64,000 nt of DNA, taken from positions 93,372,001 to 93,436,000 of the forward strand of contig JANJGN010000014.1 of NCBI GenBank assembly GCA_026770705.1, given 5' to 3'. Positions 51,692-64,000 of the stretch are shown piece after piece (position 1 is the first letter of the stretch; every line of letters begins with the position of its first letter). The translations under genes and the position numbers were made by a program. Below the pieces are notes generated by a model. That model saw only the letters and a list, made by a program, of their open reading frames with translations. It did not search any database and was not told the DNA's origin. The stretch comes from Isurus oxyrinchus (Eukaryota).

Positions 51692-52208
51692 ACCATGATT
51701 TTCCAGCAGCTGCTGGGAACACCACTAGCCACTCCTTCCCTATCTGCTACATGCATGTGGCAGCAGGGTGCAGACCCTAGACCACAGTGGAAGCTTCCTC
51801 TGAGCAGCCAGGCAAAATGCCGCTTCCCGGGTTTGATATGGAGAAGCAGGCATAAGCCGTGGTGATAAACCTGTGCTCTCCCAATGGAGTTAGAGGGCCT
51901 TGAGACAACCTCCCCTCCCTTCATTCCAGCACTTACTCACCCTTTCTGTTGAAGCCTACCATGAATCTGATCATCCCACCTTTGGGGCACATATAACCCC
52001 TTAACTGTGTAGCTGCCTCTTCTGTGCTGCTGTGACGACTTCTGCGGCCGAACGATGGCAGAATCCCTCTTGATGGTAGAACACCAACCTGAATCCATTG
52101 CCAGATGAACCACAACCACTTTTCTGGGTCAGGGTTCCAGCGATATTGGAAGGGTGTTTAGAAGTCCCACTTGATGAGAACACATCACTGGGAGGATAAT
52201 CCAGGCCC
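51692..52208. mobile_element. Degenerate MITE-like element
   Basis: CATGATTTTCC at the left, GGATAATCCAGGCCC at the right; a GC-richer block in AT-rich context. Confidence 0.35.
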
Positions 52209-54496
52209 TTGTTGTTGACAGGCCAAGCCGTTTAATTCAAAATGCACTTTCTGTGCGGAATGTAGAAATATGCATTTGATTGACCACTCCTTTTGAATTG
52301 AACAGGCCTCAGTCACCTTTTGAGGTATTAATCAACCAACATTTTGGGCCACTACCCCAGTCCCCTCGTTGTAGTCCCCACACCGTGTCCCAAATTATGA
52401 GCATAGGATACTTTGTGTACTCACGAAGAGCAACAGGGCCCCACATGGCTACATCAGTGGTGCCCACCCTGAACTGCTACCAGCCAAATCAGAATTGTGC
52501 CATGCCACTTCAACAGAGGAAAGGAGTCCTGGAATAGAATTAAAAAGTGTTTGTAATCACCAACCCCAAATAGGACACTTTTTAAAGGTAGTCAGTTCCT
52601 TTTAGGGTCAACTACATTTGACTACAAAAGTTTTAGGACCTCAGTAAGAGAAATGTCAGCTCTCAGGCAAGAATTCATGGTGCAGCCTGGGGCTTTCCAT
52701 TAACAGAAGGCTACAAGTTGAAGAAATGAATAATTTCCCTCCACTGAAATTTTTCATCACTGTAAATGGGGCAGAATCATAGTGGAACTAGTCAACTGCT
52801 CAGCAATGTGCTGTGCTTCCACACAATTTCTGATTTGAAGTTCAGATCCCTACAACAAAAAGGGTAAAATTAAAGAAAACCAAAATAAAGGTGGTCTCTT
52901 GAGAGATTATAAATAATCCTGTTTCAAATTGAACAGCTAGTTAAAACAGTCAAATAAATTGTGTAAAATAGTTATAATGAGGGAATCCCGTATTTACTTT
53001 AATAATTAATTCATAAGAGTTATGTTCATGAACTATATCCGAAATTATTTGGTTTAATTCAGTAAAGCCATGGGAGGAACTTTTCTCTTTTTGCAAAAGG
53101 AAAATCCCTCACGTATCCAAAACCACTCAAATGGTAATTATCAGCTAGAACATTGATAGAGGCTTTGTACTGCTTCCAGTTCTCGTGCAGATAAACCCTT
53201 CAGTGTCACTCTCTGGTGAAATTATCTTAGGGGGCTATTTCTGTCAGAAATCAGTACAGAGTCTCATGGTGTGTGCATGTGCAGGCTGAGATAGCAAAGC
53301 TTGTCATGACCAGATAGTCTGAATTCTGGTGTATACTGATAGGTTTGCTTTTTATCACTGTCAAAAGCAACATAACAAGCTGCAACTTCACTACTCATCG
53401 CAGTGAGAGCTGTCATTTTGTGACATACTGACTAGGATGGGTTTTATCATTTGCATTAATAGGTCTTGTTGTTTAGAGCTGGATAAAAATGCAGGTTCCG
53501 GCTAAGTAAAATAATGAAGCATCTTAACAGTAAAGAATTCAACTGACTGACCATTAAGTTTCACAGTATAGATTGGGCCATCCAAACATTACATTTAAAA
53601 TTTGATAGAATCCAACAAACCATTAAATTGATGGCAGTTACTGAGTGTAATTAATTTTATTCCAGTTGTAGATAGCATGTGATTTTTCTTAAGGTTCTCA
53701 TGTTAATTTGATTATAAGTATTATGTGACTAATGGAATTCTTCAATCTTCCCTGTCTGTAAAACATGTTATGGCAATGCAGACAGCAATGGGAATGCAGG
53801 AGTTTAAACAGGAGGCTTTACATTGGCCTTTAATTTTCAGCACTGCAGATAGGTCTGGTCTGGCAGATACATATGTTTAGGTTTAAGAAGCTTATGTGAA
53901 GTCAGAGTTGAAGATCCATCGATAAACATGATTCTTAGACTGCTAAATAACATAGATGAATCTCTCGCCATACTCTGGGGAATACCATCACATAGCCATC
54001 TCTGCATCAGCAGCAATCAGATGGTACTGACATCATTAGACAGATTCTATGGTTCATTCAGCCCACTAACAATATAAAAATCTCCTCGCCTATTAAGTTG
54101 TCAAAGTAAAGGAAGGCATGGAGAACACTGTCAAACAGGGTAAGAGTGGTGATGATGAAATGTGTATATCAGCAAATTTTAAAAGAAGAAAATGCTGGCA
54201 GTTAGGTCAGTAAGTAATATGTGTTGTTGTGTGTGTGTCAGGGTTCCCAAGCCTACTACCAGTTGCGGTAGATAGATGGTATAATTGAATTTATTACTGG
54301 CTAGGCTGCAAAACTGCACAGATCCACTCATACACTGCAACCTCTCCAGTCTGGAAATCTATTATTGAAAACAGCAGTTGTCCAGAAATTTTTTGAGGAG
54401 ACCCAAGCATTCCTGTAACCTCATCAATATCATGTCAGTGCAGCGCTTTAAGAGCAGAAACACGAAAGATACAATGCTTCGATAGCAAAACAATTG

Positions 54497-55523
54497 TGTT
54501 ACGGAGAGGAGGGGGGGCTAATTTAAACAGCACCAATTCCTCCTCTCACCACCCATCCATGTATTATGATTTCCTACCCCCTTTATAAGCATTGGTGTAT
54601 TTCCAAATCCCTCAGTTTTGGTGTGATCCAATTTTCAATTAATAACTCCACAGCAAACAGGATGAACTCAAAGGATTAGTTTATTTGCAGACATTCAAAA
54701 TGCGGGAGAAAGGTCACAACGTTGCCTCCTTTGCATTTATACAGGGAAAGAGAGGGTTAGAGAAAAGAAAAATGTACAATACAGAAACTACAGAGAAAAG
54801 AAATATTGTTTCCAGTATCCAGAATCAAAGTCCAATGGGGTATTCCTTCACAGAGGTTGGTGACCTGAAAACCGATGCTGGAGAATTCAATTTTCTGGTG
54901 AAGTTGGCTTCACATGATGAGATAGGCACGCAGAGATGAATCAGTCTTGCAAGTGATGGTACAGAGTTTTCTGCAGCAGTAGTGTAGATGGATGTCCAAC
55001 CTGTGCCAAAGCTCTTTGTCTGTGATGCTGCTAGTCAAATGGTAAAAAAGTTAGACTGAGACTTTTCAGTTCAGCAAGGCAATATTACTGGTTTCACAGC
55101 TGGAGGCCCATGTCACATGACTCCCACCTCTCCACACTGTCTTTGACAAAGGACATATATTCAGGATTGCTGAATGCCTCAACCATTAGGAAGTGAAAAG
55201 AAGTTTGCAGGGCCCTTTGTCTTAGCAAATGAGTCGACTCCTATTGCCCAGCCTGGGTTATGAAATGCAGATGGCCTTGTATAGCTCTCTTTGAATTTGT
55301 TCTGTGCAGCCCACAGTGGGTAGTTAGTAGCTCTTCAGAGATTATGATGTGCAAGCTTCCACGATGCTGCCAGGTAGCTCCCTTTGTTCAAGGTCACAGA
55401 CAGACATAGATCCAATCATTGTAGGTCTTTGTCCCATTTGAAACTTTTAGTGATAGCAATGAACACATCTCTATATATATTTTATTAAAAAAATGATACA
55501 AGGTGAGTTCTTTGTCCCTCACA
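54497..55523 (-). mobile_element. Solo LTR (1027 bp)
   Basis: TGT...ACA termini; perfect 4-bp TSD ATTG (54493-54496 and 55524-55527); AATAAA on the minus strand near 54680. Confidence 0.75.
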
Positions 55524-55777
55524 ATTGTCATTACTGCTTTATTTTGGTTTATGACCATTTTATGTTTCAGCCAAATATTTATAATTGCAGGCTTTTCTGG
55601 TTCAGACATTTCTGGTTAGGCATCCTTATGTCATTTTATAATCCAGAAAATACCAAAATCCAGAAATGACAAGCATTCAGGACTGAAGAGATTGCGGTAT
55701 ACCTCGAACTTTCACAAATTCTTCCTCTTTGCCTTCCTCATTACTTTTACCTGCTCTTCAAAAATGCAGAAAAAACT

Positions 55778-56273
55778 GGCATGAGAATTTCTGGCTTGGC
55801 GAGCGGGGGTGGGCCCAACATGACAAACTGTAAACTGAAGTGGGGTCCTGAAGTCACTGCGTTCCATTTAGCTTTTCAGTTCGGCGGGCTTTTACGAAGG
55901 GTTTATAAATTAAATAAATGTTTTCAATAAAGTTCATTGACATGTCCCAGCTCATGAGGGGACGTCTTAATTTTTTTTTTCTTTAGTAAAATTTTTCAAA
56001 CTTAAAACTTATCTCCCTGAGGCAGCTCTGTGCCTCAGGGAGATTTCTGCACTCTTTTGCGCACATGTGCAAAACAGCACACTCCCGACTCAGGTAACCA
56101 CCACCCGCACAGGGACCGCACAGCGCTTCTGAGTGCACATCACGCTGGATGGGCTTTAATTTGCTCGCCCATGTAAATTGGCGGCACAGACCCAGTCACG
56201 GGGCGCCGATCGGATCCATATCCACCCATGCCCGCCCCTGCACAACACCCCCAACCGGGGGAAAATTCTCCCC
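55778..56273 (+). mobile_element. Harbinger family-2 MITE
   Basis: Right TIR GAAAATTCTCCCC; CCCTGAGGCAGCTCTGTGCCTCAGGG hairpin. Confidence 0.75.
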
Positions 56274-56748
56274 TTGCAGTTATATATTGCCTTTAATATT
56301 TCAAAATATTCCAAAGCGTTTCATGGAAAAGGTGGTGGAGTAATGAATCATCAAACAGACAATATAATGGCCCAGATCTCCTGTTGTCCGGAGGGTCGTA
56401 CCCCAGAACTACCCCAGAAATGCGCTGGAAATCCCCACACAAAGACTGCACAGGAATTGCCCAGCGGGTTTTATTTGCCATTGAGCAATTTCCCAGCGTC
56501 TGGAACCCTCTGAAGCTCCGATTTCAAGTTGGAGACTTCAGATGGTTTGAACTTACTTAGCAGAATAGTTACCAAGAAAATAAAATAGCTACCAAAAGAA
56601 AAGAAAACTCCTCAGATACTGAAGCAGTCCCTGACCAAATGCAGCAAGGCCTGGACAATATTCAGGCTTAGGCTGACAACGGCAAGTAACATTTGCGCCA
56701 CACCTAGTGGCAGGCAATGATGATCTTCAACAAGAAAGAATCTAACCA

Positions 56749-56975
56749 AAACAGAAAATGCTGGAAAAACTCAGCAGGTCTAACAGCATCTGTGGAGAGA
56801 AAAAAAAAACAGTTAAAGTTTCGAGTCCATATGACTCTTCTTCAGAATCATATGGACTCGAAACTTTAAGTTTTTTTTCTCTCCAAGATGCTGTTAGGCC
56901 TGCTGAGTATTTCCAGCATTTTCTGGTTTTTGTTTCAGATTTTCAGCATCTGGAGTATTTTGCTATTATCTTAGC
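56749..56975. mobile_element. Penelope-type palindromic element with a 13-bp TSD
   Basis: Inverted arms; AAGAATCTAACCA at 56736-56748 and 56976-56988. Confidence 0.85.
56811..56850 (-). ncRNA. Minimal hammerhead-ribozyme-like core, probably inactive in this copy
   Basis: Minus strand CTGAAGA-A-GAGTC-ATATG-GACTC-GAAAC-TTTAACT gives CUGANGA, a 5-bp stem II and GAAA. Confidence 0.55.
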
Positions 56976-58429
56976 AAGAATCTAACCATCTCCCCTTTAC
57001 ATTCAATGGCATTACCATCACTGAATCCCCCACTATCAACATCCTGGGGATGACCATTGATCTGAAACTGAACTGGACTAGCCATATAAATACTGTGGCT
57101 ACAAGAGCAGGTCAGAGGCTAGGAAGCCTGCGATGAGTAACTCACCTCCTGACTCCCCAAAGCATGTCCACCATCTTCAATGCACAAGTCAGGAGTGCGA
57201 TGGAATACTCCCCACTTGTCTGAATGAGTGCAGCTCCCACAATACTCAATAAGCTTGACAGCATTCAGGACAAAACAGCCCACTTGATTACCACCCCATC
57301 CACAAACATTCACTCCCTCCACCACCGATCCACTTTGGCAGCAGTGTGTACCATCTACAAGATGCACTACAGGAATTCACCAAGCCTCCTTAGACAGCAC
57401 CTTCCAAACCCACGACCACTAGCATCTAGAAGGACAAGAGCAGCAGACACATGGGGACACCAACACCTGGAAGTTCTCCTCTAAGCCACTCACCATCCTG
57501 ACTTGGAAATATATCACTGTTCCTTCACTGTTGCTGGGTCAAAATCCTGGAACTCCCTCCCTAACAGCACTGTGGGTGCATCTACACCACATGGACTGCA
57601 GTGGTTCAATAAGGAAGCTCATCACCATCTTCTCAAGGGCAATTAGGGATGAGCAATAAATTCTGGCCTAGCTCGCGATGCTCACATTCCATGAATGAAG
57701 AAAAAAGTTAAAACCAGTTCTAATTCCTGGGTGACAATACTACTGACCCCCTCCCAACTCCCTACTGGACTCTTTGACTACCACTCTCTGACCACCTAAC
57801 ACAGCCCCGACCACCTGACACTCCCCTGACCACCCCGGCAGCCCCCGATGCATCCTACTCTCTCACCCACTTACTTTACACACTTACAGCTAGTGTTGTT
57901 AAAAGGGGGTGTGGCTTCATTCCCCCAATGCTCCTACAGTACACTGAAGGAGTCCAGGAGCAGCTACATTCCACATTTTTCAGCAGGCCTGGGTCGGAAG
58001 TCTGTGTGAGGAACGTAGACCTCCAACCTAAGGCAGAAAAATCCAATGGTGATTGCCACTCCACGAAAGATACAGCCCAATGTTAAGTTTTATATTATCC
58101 ATTCAATCAAGAGCATTCATATGGCCGCATACTCGTATAATCTTTATTCAGCATAAACAATTCTGCAAACTGCTTTTCCTTTTCAGAAAAAATACTTGAA
58201 TAGGTGAAATTTTGCCACTGCTTTTATCAATTGCACCTCAGCATTAGCAATCAATTTACTTCAAAAGAAACTATATTGAAGTCATGCAGGAAAGAGAAAG
58301 AACTGTCCATTTCTTGTTTTTAATGGTTATTCCATTACATCATCAGGAGCCAAAAGCAAGGCATTGTTAACAAAGCGCAGAAAATTTTCAGGCTGACTTC
58401 AGAAGAAAAGAAGACAAATATAATAATAA

Positions 58430-58830
58430 AACAATGCTTGTATTTATATAGCAGCTTAACACATCAAAGTATCTCTTGCAAAGTATCTACATGCAATGAA
58501 TTAGTTTTTGGGAAGTGTTTTTTGTCACACAGGCAGATGTGGCAGCTATTGTGTGTCAAAAAAGTCCCATATATAACAATGAGATAAAGTGATCTGTTAA
58601 TCTGTTTTTGGTGGTACTTGCTGGCCAGGAGAGTAGTTCTTCAAATAGTGCCGGGAGATCATTAATATACATTTGAAAAGGTTGGCTTGGTCTTGGTTTA
58701 AAGTCAGATCTAAAGTATAGAATACATCAATTCTTCAGTAGAGCACTGAAGTGTCAGCTTAGATTGTGTATGCATGTCCTGTTCTTGTGTTGAAACCCTT
58801 CAGAGTGACAAATCCTACCAGTGAAGAAGT
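58430..58830 (-). mobile_element. Deu-domain SINE (SacSINE1-like)
   Basis: CTTGTATTTATATAGC tail, CTTCAAATAGTGCCGGGAGATC, GCACTGAAGTGTCAGC. Confidence 0.65.
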
Positions 58831-61029
58831 TACTACTTCAGTTTTCACTGAATCTGTATAAAGGTTGATTACATTTACAATCTTTGCTATCAGTGCTTAT
58901 TGATTATCCATTGCCAGACAATCCTTACTTCTCGTAGGGATAATCTGCTTTTGTTTTCCTGTAAAACTTATTCAGCTTTTACAGCATTTCTCAAACCGGG
59001 CAGCTTGGGCTTGAGGGCTAATTTTATACAAGACCTGTTCAATCTAATTCTGCACATCACATTCATCTCTCCATATTATTCTTTTTTTGGAGCACTTCGC
59101 CAAACAGTGTCTCAGCTCTCAGGCCAAAGAATTTGCCTATCTGAGATCCTGTACTCAAAATGTTAATCATAACCTTTCAGTTGCTAATCCCAGTGTGCAT
59201 TTCTAGAATTGCATTTAATTTCAGATTTTCAACAGTTTTGTTTCTAAGACTGTTTTTACACAGTCCTAAACTTTTCTGTGATCCAGTCTATGCTGGACAA
59301 GATCCTTGAGGATGCCACACAAAACTCTGTCCTTTGGTTGTCTGCTCTAGGCGCTGAGCATTAAACTGCTACAAGAATGGTGTGGAGATAGACCTACCAC
59401 ATGGATAGTTTTCATGTTAAAACCTTTGATTAGGTAACTATATTTTGGAACATTTACGCCCATGTGTAGAATTATAGAAAATGGTTTTCTCCTCTGTCTG
59501 TTAGCTACATTTGATATGACCTACAGCACTAAATTGCCTCTAATTTGCAGTTGCACTTGGAGGCAACAGAATAGCAGGCATATGACATGAAGAAATGTCA
59601 TACTGACACTATTGTGGATGCTCTACTAAGCCAGGTTATTGGAGCAAATTGGGAGGGAAATTTTTTCTGCATGTAGCTGTGCTAAGTCTGACCCAGGAGG
59701 GCTGAAATACAAAAAATTCAATTCTACAGCAAAAACCATTCTTACCTAAATAGTCCACAAGAAAAATGGTATAATTGGGAATGGCATGCCATCAAATTAT
59801 TCAATTCAGTAAAATGGAAAATCATTTCTTACTGTTCTTTCTTTCACTCCACAATGTGCCTGTAACTTATTCAGCAAGCTATATCTTTAATTCAGAGTGT
59901 GAACAATTTCCAATCATAAGAATCTTCTGACACTTTCCTTGGAGATTTAAACTCCCGCCAATATCTTGGAACAGTTAACCTTTAATTCTCTTTCATATGC
60001 TGTGCACTTCCAACATGTTTTTTTACATGATTTAATGTTCCAGCATTCTTTCCCAGATCTCGCCTATATTTTCCCACCCTTTCCAGGGGTAACCAAGCTC
60101 CATGAAAATGCTGCACAATAATCCAACTTTTTCGTGCCTTGCCTCCTAGGTCCACTCTAGTTGCTAAGTTGGGTTTTAGCTCTAGTTGACAAAATGATCG
60201 ATGCATAATTCTGGTAATTTTCCAGGCTACATTATTAATTGATGTTCTTAATTCTCAATTGGTTAATTTTCACATTTTTATAATTCAAGCTGTTCAGTAG
60301 ATTGTGTGCCAATATGCGGATATCCTTTCCTTCTCAACTCATAATTGATACCTCCTTTATGATTGTCATCTCATGATATTATTCTTACTGAGTGATTTTT
60401 ATATTGAGCAGGCTATTTCCATTTTTCTCCTTGTTAAACACAGTACATGCTGGTAAAGAAATACATTTACTTTTGAAAGTAATTCTACACTATTGGAAAA
60501 AAATAGCCAATTTTAATGCCATATCACCCTCCTTAACATGATTATTAACTGTTTTTGTTGTAAATTATTTTCTATTCTGTTAACCATTGTGCAGTGTCAC
60601 ACTAATTAATCCTTGGAAATAAAAAAGGGATCCCAGACAGAATAATCAGGAATTGCTAATTTGATGTTTGCTGCAGGCTACTTTGGGTAAAAAGAGTTAA
60701 TCTTGCAAGCATTTAGTTTTTAAATTTTAAATAGTGCTGTATCATGGTTCATTGTGTCCTGAGGCAAGTAGGAGTCTTGGCATCTCTGGTGGAAGCATGA
60801 TGTCAGCTTGATTTTGTTACCTATGACATTTTTTTTGTGCAAACTGGAAAATGTTCTGTGCAAAGTAAAAACATTATAAATGATAAATAATTAATGATAA
60901 ATGCTATTGTTGCACGCAATGCCTTAATAAACAAAGTGTATTAAATACAATCTCAGTGAAATATCCTCACTGGTGAATCATTTTATTCAATGGTGTTTAA
61001 GCATTTCAGCAGATGCTTTGGGAATCATC

Positions 61030-61722
61030 GGGGTGAATTTTATGGGGAACGGTGTGTTCCTCCCCCACCAGTATAAAAGTCAGTTGGCAGCTCACTGACT
61101 TGAAAAGGGACTGCCCCATAGCAGGCAGACTTAATAAGCTGACAGTGGGACTTCTGCCAATCTGATTGACCAGCAGCTGAGTAACCCCAGCAGCATAGTA
61201 GTGGCCACTGCTGGGACTACAAAGGAGTTCCGAGAAGGAAGAACTTGGACTCCAGATTTTTACGTTAAGTTCAGGGATTTTATTTGGGAGGAATCAAGTA
61301 CCTTAGAGAGGGGATGGGGGGCCATGTTCTAGAGGCCATAGGGGAGGAACAAAGAGGGGGGCACCATCTTGGAGGGTGCCCCCAATGGGCACAGGAGACC
61401 CCCTAAACGAGATAATTCCCTTCCTCCCCGCCTTTTGCTTGAGATGGCAAACCTGGCAGGCTGGCCTCCATTGTTGCACCTTCCCCAAACGCATATATTA
61501 TTGCAGCAGAGGCAGAAACAAGCCATACACTGGCCATTATTTGGCTAGTTAAGGACCTCGATAGGCCTAATGGCAGGCAGGCTGCTTGATGCTGTACCCA
61601 ACCACTGTAATATAAGGAGCAGTGCAGGGGTGGGCAGGAAGATGGTGGGCTGTGCACCCATTTTATTTTACGTGTTCCCCTGCCTTCAAATACGCCAGCA
61701 GGGAGGCTATAAAATTCACCCC
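61030..61722. mobile_element. Harbinger-type MITE (family 3)
   Basis: Perfect 14-bp TIRs GGGGTGAATTTTAT and ATAAAATTCACCCC. Confidence 0.78.
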
Positions 61723-63119
61723 TTAGACTGTTTGATCTGAGAGAGGTTTCACTGTTTGAGCAAATGCCAATGTCAGTAAGGTTAAGAGGAATTTTAGACA
61801 AGGTATGCAGAAAAATGGACCTGCGCAGGGTTTTTTTTTGAAAAGATGACTAAGAATTATTTGACTCTCAAAAGATGATGAATCCATTCAAATTAGAAAT
61901 TCGTAAATGATAAATTAATATCAGAATATAAATCTACTTTAGATGGACACAGCGGCGTAGATTTCCAATTGAGTGTCTCATAATTGAGCAGTATTGTATT
62001 AGCCACAGTTAATGTACTCTTCGACTTGTTTGGTGGAAGTCAGCTCCACTTACATAGAAGCTTGTCATGGTTGCATATGAAGATAGAAATGTTGGCATGC
62101 TTTATTACAATCCCCATAGAGACCAATAACTTTAAAAGAAAGATTTGAATTTCCAGTGACCAACTTAAAAGAATTACATAAGCTTGCAAGACTTAAGACT
62201 TTTACTACAACAATCAAACTAAAATCGACATTGACTAAACATCACGTAGTAGGCAACTAACACTCTAATCTGCAGAACAGATAACCCTTATTAAAATGAC
62301 TGATAACCTCACGCCGCATTGATATGTTACAACATGCTGTCCGCAGAATTGCTGTCTTTACAGAACATGAACAAGCAAGAACAGCTGCCTCAGAGTCTGT
62401 AAGTCTACCCATGGCAAAGCCAGATGCTCTGTCCTTTGTTTTCAGGTGTTAAAACTGGGTAAGTAGATTTCAGTAACATTTGACCTTCAACCTTGTCTCC
62501 ATGTTAACCAGGCCACATCGTTATATTGCCAGGCAGAACTAGTAGGAGGCCACATGTCCCTTTTCATTACGTCATTTTGCTTTGAATCAAAGAGACAGCC
62601 CAAAACGTACTAATTTTAGAAAATCTTGCATTTGTGACACTTCACAAAATCTGCTATTATTAATGTATAAAGAGTTTCTGAGCCCTTAATTGTTAGGACA
62701 GGTTTAGGACATTGGAGCTATTTATTCTGGAAATGGACAGGGAAAATGATTTGTGACTCTTAAATTAGCTATGTCCAAGTGAACTGTTATTTGAGCTTGC
62801 TGAGCTGCAGGGAGACAGGAACTTCAGTATGATGTTACAACATAGAGTTAGGTTAGACTTTTGCTTTTGCAAAGGCTGTTTGAATAACAAAAATGGCTTG
62901 TAAAACTCAGTGGCTGCGGTTAAAAAAAATGTAGAGACAAGAAGTCAATGTTACAGCCTAGAAATGAGGCTACACAACTTTCCAACTCCCTGTTTGACTG
63001 CTATTTGAATAGAGTTAGTATAGAATGAGGTGATAGTGAGGAAGATGTATATCATTTAAAATGCCTTGGAGAAAGCAAAGAAAAAGGACTTGAAGGTACA
63101 GCTGACCAATACTGCCAGT

Positions 63120-63544
63120 TGTAGGGATCATCAACTCAGTAAAAGATGTTCTTTGGTCTGCCCGTAACTTGCTGGTCTTCCAGCGCAAAGAGTTGTCCCC
63201 GACCGAGTGTTGCAGACTGGCACATTCCAAGGTTCAGGACTACGTGCTGAGGGACGCACTAAAGGTTGGGGCAGCTGCCGCAAAGGTGCAATGGGGAAGG
63301 GTTGTTGCCTAAGTCCTTTTTGCCACAGTGCACTGAAGGGCTGGGAACTGTAAAGAGCCCCTCGGGATGTACAGCTCAAAATGAATGTCTGCCAATGATT
63401 GTAATATTCATTGTTTGTACTGATACACCTTGTGATTCATGTTGTAAAAGTTGAACCTGATTGTTTTTTGGTGATGGTGATTTTGAAATGGTTTGAAATG
63501 TTGTTGAAGATTTATGAATAAAGTATATTTTTGTAAAAGAAAAA
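63120..63544 (+). mobile_element. Tx1/L1-clade LINE 3' end
   Basis: IINSVKDVLWSARNLLVFQRKELSPTECCRLAHSKVQDYVLRDALK followed by a T-rich UTR, AATAAA and an A tail. Confidence 0.72.
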
Positions 63545-64000
63545 GCCAAACTTAAAGTGGGTGTTAGCTATGAATATCTGTGAAACAAATGACTAACTGC
63601 TGTGCCTTACTAGCCAATCCTGTACAATCATTGCCAAGTGAATGAGTCACTGCTGGTTACTGTGGATGGATGGATTGGTACAGTCCACCATTTTGCAGTG
63701 TGATCTGCCTGGTATTCACCATCGCTCTTTCTCTTCCAAAAAATAGTTAAGGGAAATTCCCATTATGAAACACAATGCCCCAATATTGTGGACAAATCAA
63801 AACCTGGCAGTGCTAGCATACATGGCATGAAGATTCTTGGCCAACTAAGTGGAATAAGGAGCAATAAAAGCTTTAAAAATTCAGATACAACCTCAAAATA
63901 CTATAAGTATTAGAGCTCGTTAAATGTATTTCATTAAATGTCACAGGCAAACAATCCTAGTGGCCTATTTTATATGGATGGGCATATGACTGAATGTTAT

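Larger units (their letters stand above)
56609..57707 (+). mobile_element. 5'-truncated CR1/L2-superfamily LINE
   Basis: RT C-terminus QQGLDNIQ..INILG..WTSHINTVATRAGQRLG..VCTIYKMH; 3' end GGGCAATTAGGGATGAGCAATAAA followed by an A-rich tail. Confidence 0.9.
56369..58078. mobile_element. Harbinger-type MITE interrupted by a LINE
   Basis: GGCCCAGATCT at the left, AAGATACAGCCC at the right; AAT on both flanks. Confidence 0.6.

Noticed and set aside
62399-62445. 47-nt intron joining two micro-exons
   Set aside because: Shorter than typical vertebrate introns, and read-through frames contain stops.

Overview
This is repeat-saturated vertebrate DNA, most likely shark (chondrichthyan) intronic or intergenic sequence; the taxon is inferred from the repeat families. 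I find no intact protein-coding gene. Most of the window is decayed mobile elements: several PIF/Harbinger families (spliced Myb/SANT gene, HARBI1-type DDE transposase, and many GGGC-ended MITEs), one full-length decayed Gypsy LTR retrotransposon (8427-13166, minus strand, with 5-bp TSD, tRNA-Ser PBS and PPT), three solo LTRs, CR1/L2/Tx1 LINE fragments, Deu-domain and tRNA-derived SINEs, and Penelope-type palindromes. Many of these are nested several levels deep. Two signals are not explained by simple insertion. The first is four short-range inverted duplications (about 90-350 bp) in the first 26 kb; three touch or sit inside Harbinger elements and the fourth lies 30 bp from one. The second is a Penelope-type palindrome with a 13-bp target duplication and a hammerhead-ribozyme core at 56749-56975. 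All family names come from reading the sequence by eye, not from database searches, and degenerate boundaries are approximate.
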